A DNA stretch of 63,621 nucleotides, the filler included, from Collodictyon triciliatum (Eukaryota), in the NCBI GenBank assembly GCA_043381765.1. It is 18 parts of 17 records of this genome, joined end to end, with 100 filler letters (N's around TTAATTAATTAA, not from the genome) between each part and the next. Parts side by side here need not be neighbours in the genome. Positions count along the whole stretch, not along the records: positions 1 to 3,606 come from JBHJMP010007084.1; positions 3,707 to 7,311 come from JBHJMP010007085.1; positions 7,412 to 11,016 come from JBHJMP010007086.1; positions 11,117 to 14,719 come from JBHJMP010007087.1; 14 more parts are not named here. One strand, 5' to 3'. A program made the translations under genes and the position numbers. Shown in pieces: positions 1 to 11,994 of this stretch. Below the pieces are notes generated by a model, which searched no databases, was not told where the DNA came from, and saw only the letters and a program-made list of their open reading frames with translations. Position 1 is the stretch's first letter. Each line of letters opens with the position of its first letter.

Positions 1-97
<97 letters not shown>
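1..97 (+). repeat. (TAA)n microsatellite, probably intronic
   Basis: Perfect TAA array followed by an acceptor-like AATAG ending at 116. Similar arrays occur near 11945, 45648, 57010, 61958, 62853 and 63525. Confidence 0.95.
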
Positions 98-99
<2 letters not shown>

Positions 100-116
100 G
101 CAAATAGGTGATGTGG

Positions 117-1252
117 AGCAGATGAAAGCGTCTATGTGGAAATCACTTTCGGGTCAAAAGTATTTGGAACGGGAAATGATGGAGCAGCGGTATGTGAAGG
201 AGAAGGTGAATACTGCAATTTTAAACGAGAAAACCATGTCTGCCCTGGAAGCGTTCGATAGTTACCAGCGGGAAAGAGCATGGATGAATCTGCAACCACG
301 TCAAAGCCCTCGTATAATTCATGAAAAGCCATCTGGAAAATCAAGAATGGTTGTTCATGTAGTGCCAGTGTCTGATGGGCCCAGGGAGAGGGAAAGTGAA
401 GAAGTTCATGATAAATCTAAGGTTCCAAGCAAGGAAATGGGAAACAAAGAAGGGAACAAAGTGGAGACCAAAGTAGGGACCAAGGAAGAGACCAAAGGAG
501 AGACCAAAGTAGGGACCAAAGAAGGGACCAAAGAAGAGACCAAGGAAAAAGGAAGTGATAAAGGCAGAGAACTCGAAACCGAAGAAATAGGAGAAAAGAA
601 AAAATCAAATGCAGGAAATGAGAAACAAAAAGAACCCACAAACAAACCACCTTGGAGGCCAAAACCACCCCCGCTCTTTTCTGCAAGACAAATGAAGGCT
701 TTAAGATTACAAGCACAAAAGAAACAAAAGACACCATCGACCAGTGATAGCGAATACTCCTCTAATGACCAAGAAAAACTGGAGGCGGAAAAAAAAGAAA
801 AGGAGAAAGAAATACTCAAAGCAGCTGCTTTAAAGAAAAAGGCCGAGGTTATGCAATGGAACCCAATAGATGACCCATCTATCCTGGACGAGGATGAGCT
901 GGATGATGACAATGACAGCGTGATTGTTGGAAAGGGAAATACAAGAGACGAGATTCTTGCCATTTTGAACAGTCGCACTAGAAAACAAATTGCCGAGTCT
1001 CACGGACAACCTCCACCTGCTCTCAGAGATCTTCGTAAAGCCCCAAGAAATTACAAGATACATCAACTTAGGTTGTCGTATGAGTTGATGAATGACCCTA
1101 TATCTCAACAGATGAGGCTTGAGCCACTCTATGCTGATAGTCTTTCGAAGTGGAAACACGAAGCCGAAAGGCATATAGGGTCTCACCTCGTGGAGAAGCA
1201 GCAGGCATTTAAGAAACCAACGACGGCCAACAAGAAAGTAAATCATATATAA
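117..1252 (+). CDS. Terminal exon of an unknown charged, low-complexity protein (5' partial)
   Basis: A 1.1-kb open frame follows an AG acceptor at 115-116. It has K/E-rich coiled-coil-like segments, ETKVGTKE-type repeats and a TAA stop. No family recognised. Confidence 0.6.
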
Positions 1253-1560
1253 TACTTCCGATTAAACATACCCTAAACTATGCTTATTTGAGATTTTGTG
1301 AGGGTCAAAGTCTTTATCATTGCTTGTAGCATACGAACATGTAGTATGAATATTGGTTATACGAAAATATCATAAAGTTGCTGTTGTTGTTGGGGTTCTT
1401 TTTTTACGATATACGTGCACGATGAAATTGGAGCTATTCCCTCTCTTAAGTAACGCGGTATTTTACTCCATTTTAGTCGATGAAACTGGACTTATCTGCA
1501 TCAAGATTCAGAAAAGGTCCTGATAATCAGCCGCATGGCACTCTTACGAGCCGAAATAAG

Positions 1561-2124
1561 ATGGATGCCCTTCTTTGTAACATTTTTTTTTCAAAAGAGT
1601 CACTCTTCTATATTTCCTTAAATTGTTAAAAATAGAACAAAAACATTCACCTCTTTCATCTATGATTAAACCCCCACAAATCATTCAATCGAAACGCATG
1701 CACGAGACAAAATCAGATGTCGTGATTCGAAACCATTGAGAAATATCTATCTCTCGCTAACGAACTCACAACTCATCCAGCATCTCGGTACTCGGAAATG
1801 ACCCAAGGACACCAGATACCACTTCATGGGAAAACTGCTAGCATTCCTCCGATATTAAAGACCCCACGGCAAACTCAAACTCAAACTCAAACTCAAACTC
1901 AAGCTCATTATCAAATTCAAACACGTCAGTCTGTTGCACAGCCAAAGAAAACTGATTTCCTTGGCAGCGTATCTGATGAGGAGCACGAGTACGAGGGTGA
2001 TGATGACTTTTTCAGCTATCAATCTTTTACCACAAATAAGCCAATATTCAATCCTCATGGAAACATGGTCGCTTTAGATGAATTCTCAAAGAGAATATCC
2101 GAGTTACAGATGAACAATACTTGA
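1561..2124 (+). CDS. Small hypothetical protein, two exons (1561-1576, 1781-2124)
   Basis: ATG GAT GCC CTT CTT T|gtaac...catccag|CA TCT joins in phase to the 1798-2124 ORF, which has a TQ repeat and an acidic patch. Confidence 0.4.
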
Positions 2125-3028
2125 ATAGTTTCCTATGAGTAAATTTTTCCCAGAATACGCACAAAATCATTCGCCCAGCAAATTCCAAGTTTAAAGAGTC
2201 CTCGAAACTAATTACCAAGAGATGCAATGCTTTATTATGCACAAACGATAATATATATTAATCTTATATCGCCACTATCACCGCCACTGTCGCAAACATC
2301 ACCGAAACTACAAGGTTGCCCCATTCAGCACGTTTTTCTTTCCCTTTGTCTATTCGATCCCAGCAACCAGTTCTGGCGATGCAGGTGTGAGCCGGGCTGA
2401 ACTCCGATTTTTTTCTATTAAAAAAAACCTGACTACGCCACATTTTGGCACAATCATCAAACTCCCAAAGAGTACATTTAAATACATTTCAAACATAGCA
2501 AACAATCAGATTATTATCATTATTTTTTTTTTTTTTGCGTATATATACACATGAAACTCAGTTATTCTTCCACTTTCCTACCTTTTCTTATCCCGAGTTG
2601 TACTTTGCTTTGGTTCGGCTTTTATCGCCCCAAGCCAAGGCAAGGCAAGCCAAGCCACCCGAAACAGAACAGCAAGAAAGCAAGCAGATGCCCTGAATAC
2701 ACTCGATCATAAAGTCAACGTGCTGTGCAAAATAAGTGTCAGCTACTCCTTTTGTTGCTAGAAATGGTTGTTTGGAGTGCTACCAAGTCACTCGAAGGGC
2801 TGTAAAGGCGGGACCCGTGCGTCGTTCTGTCCTTCAGACCCCCACCACCATTTCTTTGTGCCTGTCCACAAACCTTTGCCTTTCTACAAGCATAATGTAT
2901 GGTCATAATAAATGAGAGAAAAGCATTTGCCCCAACGAAACATAAAGGCGGTTTTTGTAACATAGAAGTATAAAAATACCTGACCCGAGCTGGTTCGCCA
3001 CTGTGAATCGAGGCTCTCTTTGCTCTTT

Positions 3029-3491
3029 ATGACGGACCAGGACGATGCAATCACCAGGCAGACAGAGACACAGCCCATACTGGGCCAGTCCAAGCCGATG
3101 ACCGACCCGATGGAGTCTCCGCTGTCATTCATCGTATACCCTGTGCGCTGGTGGATGCTGTTTCTCTTCTGCCTCATCTCTATCGCAAATGCAATCACCT
3201 GGATTACCTTCTCCCCAATCAGCGATAAAGTAGAGGACAAGTAATCCATCAAGAAGTCTTTCAACCAGGATGAACGGAAAGAACCCGCCATATATATTTA
3301 TATATTTAACAAAATTTTGACGTTTCTTTATTCATTTACCAGGAGTTCTTATGCGCATTATGGGGATGTTTTGTAGGTATGATGTTTCGTTCTTCTGGGT
3401 TAACTTTCTAAGCCTGGTTTTTATGATTACCTACATTCCCGTCTTCTTTTTGGCCTCCTGGGTGCTTGATACCTATCCTCTACGAATTGGT
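3029..3491 (+). CDS. FLVCR/SLC49-family MFS transporter, first two exons (3' partial)
   Basis: Exons 3029-3240 and 3377-3491 give VYPVRWWMLFLFCLISIANAITWITFSPI...VNFLSLVFMITYIP...SWVLDTYPLR, the typical FLVCR TM1-TM2 signature. Confidence 0.85.
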
Positions 3492-3606
3492 GTATGTGAT
3501 ACAATCCCATAGGAGACCAAAAAAAAAAAAAAAAAAAAAAGAAATCCTGTACCATCATTTACCAAAAATACACTTAAATATCAACGGGGGCGGGGTTAAC
3601 GGGGGT

Positions 3607-3706
3607 NNNNNNNNNNNNNNNNNNNNNNNNNNNNNNNNNNNNNNNNNNNNTTAATTAATTAANNNNNNNNNNNNNNNNNNNNNNNNNNNNNNNNNNNNNN
3701 NNNNNN
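3607..3706. other. Artificial contig spacer (44 N + TTAATTAATTAA + 44 N); first of 17
   Basis: Identical 100-bp spacers with a six-frame stop linker also start at 7312, 11017, 14720, 18423, 22131, 25832, 29532, 33230, 36945, 40474, 44171, 47865, 51558, 55253, 58121 and 61812. Confidence 0.98.
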
Positions 3707-3721
3707 TTGATTGATTGATTG

Positions 3722-3805
<84 letters not shown>
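3707..3805 (+). repeat. (TTGA)n microsatellite at contig end
   Basis: Near-perfect tetramer array. Confidence 0.95.
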
Positions 3806-4451
3806 CCATCGCCTTGAGACAAGCAAGGTTGGGCACTTCAAATAATACACAGAAATCATCCGGAACAGCAATTCTATATATGGAATATATATCCTATTGA
3901 TTATTTTACCATTTAATTAATACGCAAAGCTTTCTTTTTATGTGTACTCGTGCAGAAATTATAAATTTAATGTTGTATATTGAAAAGTGAAGAGCGAATC
4001 ACTGTATTCTGACATTAAATAGTTTCAAATGTATCGGATGCACCCATAGCACGGTACTTAATATATATATGGTATGATTGTTCTATTTCTATTTGCGATT
4101 CTTTTCAAAGAATATGCACCTTTTTGTTTCCAACAAGATCGCCAAAATTTCTCACGGTTTTCTGCAGGATAATCACAAATTCTCTTCATTGCCTTCAAAG
4201 ACTCTCAACGCCCCAGAGGAAAGTCTGCCCAGTCAGCGGTGAGTAGCCAAGTTCTTCAAGATAGCACTAGCCCTGCCTCATGATTAGCCCAGCCCCACTC
4301 AACTCTGGCGCCCCAGAACGTGTGACGGGATGTGCATTCCTTTACAGAAAACAGTCGTGAAATTGATCGATCAGATCTCGAAATTTTCGGTGCTATCGAC
4401 ACCAGATCAATTATCTGAACGGCAACCCATTAACCAGTACTTGAATTAGAA

Positions 4452-5806
4452 ATGGCCCCCAAGACCAACGAAGCCGCAGCCAAGAAGGCTGCCCCCGCCC
4501 AGAAGGCCGCTGCCCCCGCCCAGAAGGCCGCTGCCCCCGCCCAGAAGGCTGCTGCTGGCAAGGCCCCCGCCAACAAGGCTGCCCCTGCCAAGAAGGCTGC
4601 CCCCGCCAACAAGGCTGCCCCTGCCAAGAAGGCCGCCCCTGCCAAGAAGGCTGCCCCCACCAAGGAGGCCGCCAAGAAGGGTGAGCCTTTTTTTTTTATA
4701 CTTGTCTCCTCACCCCCCGAAGTTGCTTTGGAGACCACATGAACGAACGAACGAACGGTTTCGATCGCCCGACCCACCCCTACTCCAACGCCAACGAGCC
4801 TGAGCCTTTCCATTCCGGATATTGGACGATTGAAGCTGCTTAGCAAGCGTCCATGAGGCACTAGGCACATTCCCCTGCAAGTATGGTTGTCTGGCCAGCG
4901 CGACGAGATATCTTCTGGTCTATTCCTTAATGAAGCAAACTTACTGTCTCAGCCTGCTGCCATGCAGCCAAACTACCAGTGCCACTTTTCTCCAAAGAGT
5001 CAAACACGAATTCGCTGGGACATTTCCTCTGCCCCTTGTCAGTCCCTGCTTGCCCAACACAGTCTCTGAGCCTGACCCCACATTGTAGCCGCCGTCCCCA
5101 AGAAGGGAGTTGCTGCCTCCAAGGTCACCAAGGTCACCAAGGCCAAGAAGGCTGCCAAGGCCGCCCGCGAAGGTGTCAAGCACCTCAAGCACCGCAAGAT
5201 CCGCACCAACGCCCACTTCTACCGTCCCAGGACTCTGCGCCTCCCCCGCAAGCCCAAGTATCCTCGCAGCTCTGTTCCCCGCGCCGTCACCTTCGATGAT
5301 GTGAGTCTCGACTCAGTGTTTCCAGTCATTGACTGCATACCTCCTCTCTGCTTTATCTCTACTTTCTGAAGGCTGACGTAGCCATTCAAGTCCCTCACTT
5401 CATCTTTCCACGGACTAGTTCACCATCGTCAAGCACCCCCACACCACCGAGACCGCCATGAAGAAGATCGAAGACGACAACACCCTCGTCTTCATCGTCG
5501 ACAACCGCTCCAACAAGACGCAGATCAAGCGCGCTGTCGAGCGTCTCTACACCGTCAAGGTCCAGAAGGTGAACACCCTCGTCCGCCCCGACGGCTACAA
5601 GAAGGCCTTTGTCCGCCTGACACCCGGTGCGTCCCACACACAATCCCCGACATCCACCTCTGAACCCCCTGCATTGCCGCTCCTTCCGCCTGCCCCCCGC
5701 ATCTTCGCATACTCGCATGGCTTCCTATTTGTTAACATTTTACCATCTCTCTTGTGCTATAGACCAAGATGCCCTTGATGTCAGCAACCGCATTGGAATC
5801 ATCTAA
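4452..5806 (+). CDS. RPL23A: 60S ribosomal protein uL23 (L23a/L25) with Ala/Lys/Pro-rich N-terminal extension
   Basis: Exons 4452-4680, 5089-5300, 5419-5626 and 5763-5806 (all GT-AG, 693 nt in total). Motifs [55 protein letters not shown] and C-terminal [12 protein letters not shown]. Confidence 0.97.
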
Positions 5807-5834
5807 AGTAAAAATACTGGCACACCAGCTCCTG

Positions 5835-6487
5835 TTAATCATCGGATTCTCGCCTGTGGCTCCAGTCGTTGTGTTCGGTGCGAAGAGAGAAAGAGAGGCC
5901 GTACATGAGACAGAGGGGATAGGAAGTCATGTCATCATACCGAAATTGGTATGAAGACACCCAGTGCATCTACATTCCCAAAGCGGCAGCTTCGACCATG
6001 TTTTGTTAGTTTTGCACTTGAGTTTGACAGGCTCGGATTACCGGCCGGCGGGATATGGTTGCGGCGAGCATATCAGGTGAGGAAGAGCGGGCCTTATGAG
6101 CAGGATTGATTATATCATTGTTAGTCTTTTTTTTTTTTCTTTATCAGCAAAGGATGATGGAGAAGGAGCAGGAGAATGTGGACGACATTGCTGGCTGGGT
6201 TGGAAGTCTGGCTCTCTCTTCCACTCTACATTTCTTTTTCTTTTTCATTCACACAGCCAGGGCCATGTGCTGAGTTCTGGATACTGGACAGAGTGAGTGT
6301 GCTTGGAGAGAGAAGCGAAGAACAGTTGCCCAACTCGATTGCTGCATATTGAGCCTGCAGACGTGACTCCACATCCACTCCCGTTATCTCCCCATTTCAT
6401 GCTCTCTTTCACTCGTCGGCGGCTGTGAAGGACACTCCCTTCCACCGTCGCAGATCGCTCGCTCGCTCCACTCACCTGCTTTTCCAT
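5835..6487 (-). CDS. Hypothetical small multi-exon protein convergent with RPL23A
   Basis: ATG GAA AAG CAG|gtgagt is followed by three further phase-compatible GT-AG exons (AQYAAIELGN...; RSSSPDMLAATISRRP; MHWVSSYQFRYDD...RRESDD*). No homology recognised. Confidence 0.35.
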
Positions 6488-6678
6488 AACGAAAACAACG
6501 TCGCCTTCAATCGCAGCAAACAACTCACAACTTGAAAAAGAAGAAAAAGAAGAAAAAGAAAAGAAAAAGAAAAGAAAAAGAAAAGAAAAGAAAGAGAAAA
6601 GAAAAAGAAAAGAAAAAGAAAAAGAAAAAGAAAAGAAAAAGAAAAGAAAAAGAAAAGAAAAAGGAAAAAAAGTATAGT

Positions 6679-7022
6679 ATGATCGCTCCCTCTTCGAGCG
6701 AAGAATGGTTAAAATATCGCGAAGCAAAAGAACGACAGCTCAGTGTCCTCGTTCATGATCTCAATATGCCTTATTCGAAGAGGCCTCCTTGTGGCATTCC
6801 CACAACAAACAGAACTCATCATGCGGCAGCGCAGCAACACAACTGTTTATTCCCACATACACAAGACAGGCTATGTCGAGGGACAACTGAGTAAACTAAT
6901 TCAATCAGACAGGAAACATCCTGCGCAATGAGTCGCCCGCCTTTGCCCACTCCATACTACGCTTCTTCGGCGCATCCGTCCGGGGTCTTTCTCGCCTCTA
7001 ATTCCCCAACTGCCGCGCCGAT
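6679..7022 (+). CDS. Possible 5' exons of an unknown gene (3' partial)
   Basis: MIAPSSSEEWLKYREAKERQL, then a GC-richer segment SRPPLPTPYYASSAHP. Splice sites uncertain. Confidence 0.25.
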
Positions 7023-7570
7023 GCAAGTCATGTGCTGCTCCCCTTTTTTTTTCCCTTTTTTTTCCCTTTTTTTTCCCCTTCTTTTTGATACTTGTCGGAT
7101 ACCCTTCCATAGACTATTTCTTTCACACTACCAATGTGTTTCTACTCATAGTTTATTCATGGTCTTTCCCTACAATCTTGAAAACTTAAGAAAACTTTTC
7201 ATTGTTTTTTTTTCCCTTCTATTTCGCAAGAACACAAAACACAAAACACAAAACACAAAACACAAAACACAAAACACAAAACACAAAACACAAAACACAA
7301 AACACAAAACANNNNNNNNNNNNNNNNNNNNNNNNNNNNNNNNNNNNNNNNNNNNTTAATTAATTAANNNNNNNNNNNNNNNNNNNNNNNNNNNNNNNNN
7401 NNNNNNNNNNNTATCAACCAATCCTCCGCACTCTTTTCTTTTTCTTCTCTCACTCACTCACTCACTCACTCACTCACTCACTCACTCACTCACTCACTCA
7501 CTCACTCACTCACTCACTCACTCACTCACTCACTCACTCACTCACCCACCCACTCACTCAACAGAATCCC

Positions 7571-10091
7571 ATGAGCCAGCAACAACTCAGCACCAGCGAC
7601 GGACAAGATGACCTTCCCGACGTGGACCGCAGCCCCAGCCTCAGCCGTGCAGCCTTCTTCGGCCGCGTCACAGCCCTGATGGACGAGCTTCGCCGAGCGG
7701 AGGACGAAGGCGGAATCGAGAGTCTAGCGCAGGTGCTTAACCAGCGGGACGAGTGGCGGCTGAGCGCTCTGCACTGGGCCGTCATTGGCGAGCAGCCCGA
7801 CACGCTGCGTGCACTGCTTTCGAAGCGCGGCTGCATCGATCCCGCCCCGATCGATCGCTTCGGCTTCACGCCTCTGCACTACGCTTGCGGCCGATACTTC
7901 CGCAGCGTCGACGATGTCTCTGCGTTTCTCGAGTGCGGAGCTGATCCATCTGTCCGCAATCCCACCGACTCCACTCCGCTCCACGCCGCAGCGCTCTTGG
8001 CAAAAGTCAGGGTTTTCCCGGTTCTTCTTCGGGCTGGGGCAGACCCGAATGCACGAGACTCTCAGGGCCGCACGCCATTGATGCTGTGCAAGGACGACGT
8101 CACCCGCGAGGCGATGATTGGTTAGTGTCTGATGGTGCCTCCTCTTGAGTCCTTGGCTACATACCATCTTTCTGATCTGTAGCTACTAATTCATTTTAGT
8201 TTATGTAATGTAATGTAATGTGATGTAATGTAACGTAATGTAATGTGATGTAATGTGATGTAATGTGATGTAATGTAATGTAATGTAATGTAATGTAATG
8301 TAATGTAATGTAATGTAATGTAATGTAATGTAATGTAATGTAATGTAATGTAATGTAATGTAATGTAATGGGTGTATACACGACTACTGATATATTTGTA
8401 ATATTGCTATTACTTTCATGATTTTTTCTTTATCTGCGTCATGTCATCACTTTCGATAAGGCAGACACCATTCGCACTTCACCAAAGCTTTTGTTTTTTT
8501 GTTTGATCAGGGAGTTGGAAGGAAGTCGAGTCTGCTTCTATCCTTGCTCCTTTAATGGGTGTCGACTCGGCGGTCAGTCTCCTATCTGCCGTGCAACAGC
8601 CTGATTTACCACACTCTGAGTTCTGGACCATGGTCCATATGGACAGGACAAAGCCGCTCCGCACAAAGTATCTGTCTGTGAATCCAGAACTGGCCTGTCT
8701 TTGCGACCAGTATCACTTGACTCCGCTTCATTGGGCTGCCGCATGTAACTCAGAAACCACAGCTGATGCTCTCTTGGTAGCTGGTGCGGATGCATCTGTT
8801 CTTGCTCACGGCAATCTATCCGTGGTATATGTGACAGTTCTGGCTGGTGCTTTCCTTGCCCTGAAAAGAATTCTGCAAGCCCCGATATCTGTGTAATACT
8901 TGTTTTTACATGTCGTATTACAAGTTCGTATTATCTAATTAAGGGTATTTATTTTCCTCCCTCTTAGCCAAATTATCAATGAACCATTCCAAGGAACTGG
9001 GCACACGCCACTCAGTCTGGCGACAACTAAGGGCGATGAAAAAGTGTGTAGTTGCATATTGTAAAATTCTGTCTCGACCGGGGTCACCTACGATTATTTT
9101 ATTTTTTTAAGGAACCCCCTCCCCCGATTAGGTTATTACTCTCCTTCTATCAGCTGGTGCTGACCGCTCTGTTAGAGGTGCCAATCAGCAAAGCCCTGAG
9201 CAGCTGGCCAAGGACGAAGCGATTGCTAAACTCGTCCGTGAATTTGACTTGCATTCATTTGGTAACTCCTTTTCTGAAAACATACTCCATTCGGTTTCAC
9301 TCGGTCATTCTTTTTTTTTCCCCTCACTTTATTTGCCCAGCGACTTTTATTAAACATGTTCATGTCATATTTTATATGAACCTCTCTGTCTCTCTTTTTC
9401 TTTTCTTTTGAAAATGAAGAAAATGGCATCCTTTTTTTTTAGAACAAGAGAAAATGGCATCACTGAGATTTTCATGCTCTGGATGTGGGAAAAAGGCAGA
9501 GGTGAGATGGTGCGCAAAATGTCACAACGCTTGCTATTGTAGCCGAGAATGCCAGACAGCCCACTGGCCTACTCACAAAACACATTGTAGTTTGGTTGTA
9601 AGTTGAATATGTAGTCATCATCGTTGTCTCTCTTTTCTCATGATTTATTTCGCTCCTCTTGGGCTGAGTTCTTTTTCTTTACAAAAAGACCAAAAGAGAA
9701 AAATATATTAAACCTATGTGTCGTCGCACTTTAATCGAATAAAGGGGGGAAAAAACTATGTGATTCGAATTTCTGTGAAGATGAATCCATCTTACACCAC
9801 TACCGATGTCCGAGTAACTCGTGCTATCAACCAAACATGTAGGTTTTTGTACCAGCCCAAGAAATTTTCACTGACGGAAGAAAGCGCATGGCTACAAAGG
9901 ATGTTGAAGTAGAGGCAGTGGAAGGCCTCTATGAATTCATCGTCAAGATTCAATCTCCAATCGTGTCATCATTACCCCCAGAAATGATGCAGAACGTACA
10001 TGTATGAGCATCTAGCTCTATGATTTCCCATCTTTTATTTCATCTTTAATTGTGGTTTTTAGAACAACGCTTTGAAACGTTATCTCTGCTT

Positions 10092-10126
<35 letters not shown>

Positions 10127-10395
10127 CATGCACATACCCAACGGAAACACTTTATACTGATTTACTTCATTTATCACATGGTCTATTTACATCTTGATTC
10201 TGAAAGGTCTACGGCCCTCTGGTTTACAACAAAAACAAGCATATTAAGTTTCGTGTGTTGACAGAGGCAAGCGCAAAGAAGATTCTCCGGGTGATGGGAC
10301 CAGAAAACAAGATTTATTGTAAGGCCCACCTATCTCTGGATTTTGCCGGTGTGGTTCTTGCACCAGAGAAACGAGCGCCGGCTCAAGATTGGTAA
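7571..10395 (+). CDS. Ankyrin-repeat plus MYND zinc-finger protein
   Basis: Ankyrin motifs (SALHWAV, GFTPLHYAC, STPLHAAA, GRTPL, LTPLHWAA, GHTPLSLA). MYND finger CSGC...CAKCHNACYCSRECQTAHWPTHKTHC at about 9475-9588. C-terminal domain FIVKIQSP...GPLVYNK...KIYCKA...PAQDW*. Seven phase-consistent exons. Confidence 0.9.
8203..8370 (+). repeat. (TAATG/TGATG)n pentamer microsatellite in intron 1 of the ankyrin gene
   Basis: Pentamer array lying between the GT at 8121 and the AG ending at 8510. Confidence 0.9.
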
Positions 10396-11122
10396 GATGC
10401 AAGGACGCGTACAGATTCAGGAGGAAATTTTCACAATCCACCCCAAGAATAAAGCGACGAGTTTTAAAATGAAAGGAAAAAGAGGATGATGAAACTTTTT
10501 TTTCCTTTATTTGATTCAAAGTAGGATGATGAAACATAGTAGACAAGGCCATCGACTTTATGTTGTCTTAAAGAAAAGAAAACTGTTGGTGCTGTCCTCT
10601 TGTCTGAAATCCTTTGAACCGAACAGAAGACGTTGTTCTTTTCCGACCGCCGCTTCCCCAAACCTAATTTGGAGATTGACATTTTGGGCACAGACGAAAT
10701 CAATCGCGCATTATAAACAAAACTGGAATTTGAATCGAATAAAGTGAAATATACAAAACTGGAATTTATTAATAAATATTATTCTCGACACTATTATGTC
10801 TACATATTGAATATAAAATCATAATAATCATAAGAGAGTGATATAAAAAATTGATTACTTGTGGTTCTCTTCATTATCCCATTTACATTACTATCTTTTG
10901 GTCTCTCACGCCTGATTCGGAAGTCCGTTACTTTTTTTTCATTTTGTGAATCAAACCGATCGATTGACTCGTTAAAAAGAGCGTGAAGTCTTTGATTTTT
11001 TTCCTTTATTCGATTCNNNNNNNNNNNNNNNNNNNNNNNNNNNNNNNNNNNNNNNNNNNNTTAATTAATTAANNNNNNNNNNNNNNNNNNNNNNNNNNNN
11101 NNNNNNNNNNNNNNNNAAAAAA

Positions 11123-11210
<88 letters not shown>

Positions 11211-11523
11211 GCATGAAAACATATAGAAAACGTGAGCCTGTAAAATCAAAGAAACACTTGCTACCGAACAATCTTTCCATGGATTATACATCCGTTTAGT
11301 GTTTTTGCGTTGCTTTGTTTTGTTTTGTTTTTCTGTTTTTCTGTTTTTCTGTTTTTCTGTTTTTTCTGTTTTTTCTTTTTTTTTCTTTTTTCTTTTTTTT
11401 CTTTTTTCTTTTTTTTCTTTCTTTCTTTTTTCTTTTTTTCTTTTTTCTTTTTTTCTTTTTTTCTTTTTTCTTTTTTCATGTCAAAAGGTCGCTATAATTT
11501 CTGATATTCCTTTTTTGTTTTAG

Positions 11524-11943
11524 CGAGTACGATGAAGTTTTTGAAACGTTCACAACCTTACCTCAGCGTCCTATGTTCGATGGCCCTCGGCGGTATTTTT
11601 CTTTCCAAGTGTCAGCAGGGTTGACTAATCAAGTAAACATATTACGGATATTTTACACTCCATTTACCTAGCCACGATAGATTCTTGGATGTCTCATATT
11701 TTTATGTTATACTTTTTCTATCTCAACTGTAATATAGCTTAACATTCGTATATGACCTTAAAAGTGTTTCCACTTTGTTCAGGTGCACCGCGAATACCAT
11801 ATCACATCATCTATGATTAATTTATTTTTTTATCGAATCAGAGAATATCCATAATAACTGCTGTTGCTATATCGTACGTGTTCAATGCTACATTGATTCT
11901 TCCAGAAGTTTACAACAATTTCATGTTTGAAGGAAACGGGAGG

Positions 11944-11994
<51 letters not shown>

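Noticed and set aside
3651..3662. Regularly spaced TTAATTAATTAA palindrome as a biological repeat or CRISPR-like array
   Set aside because: It is always embedded in 44+44 N and is a synthetic six-frame stop linker.
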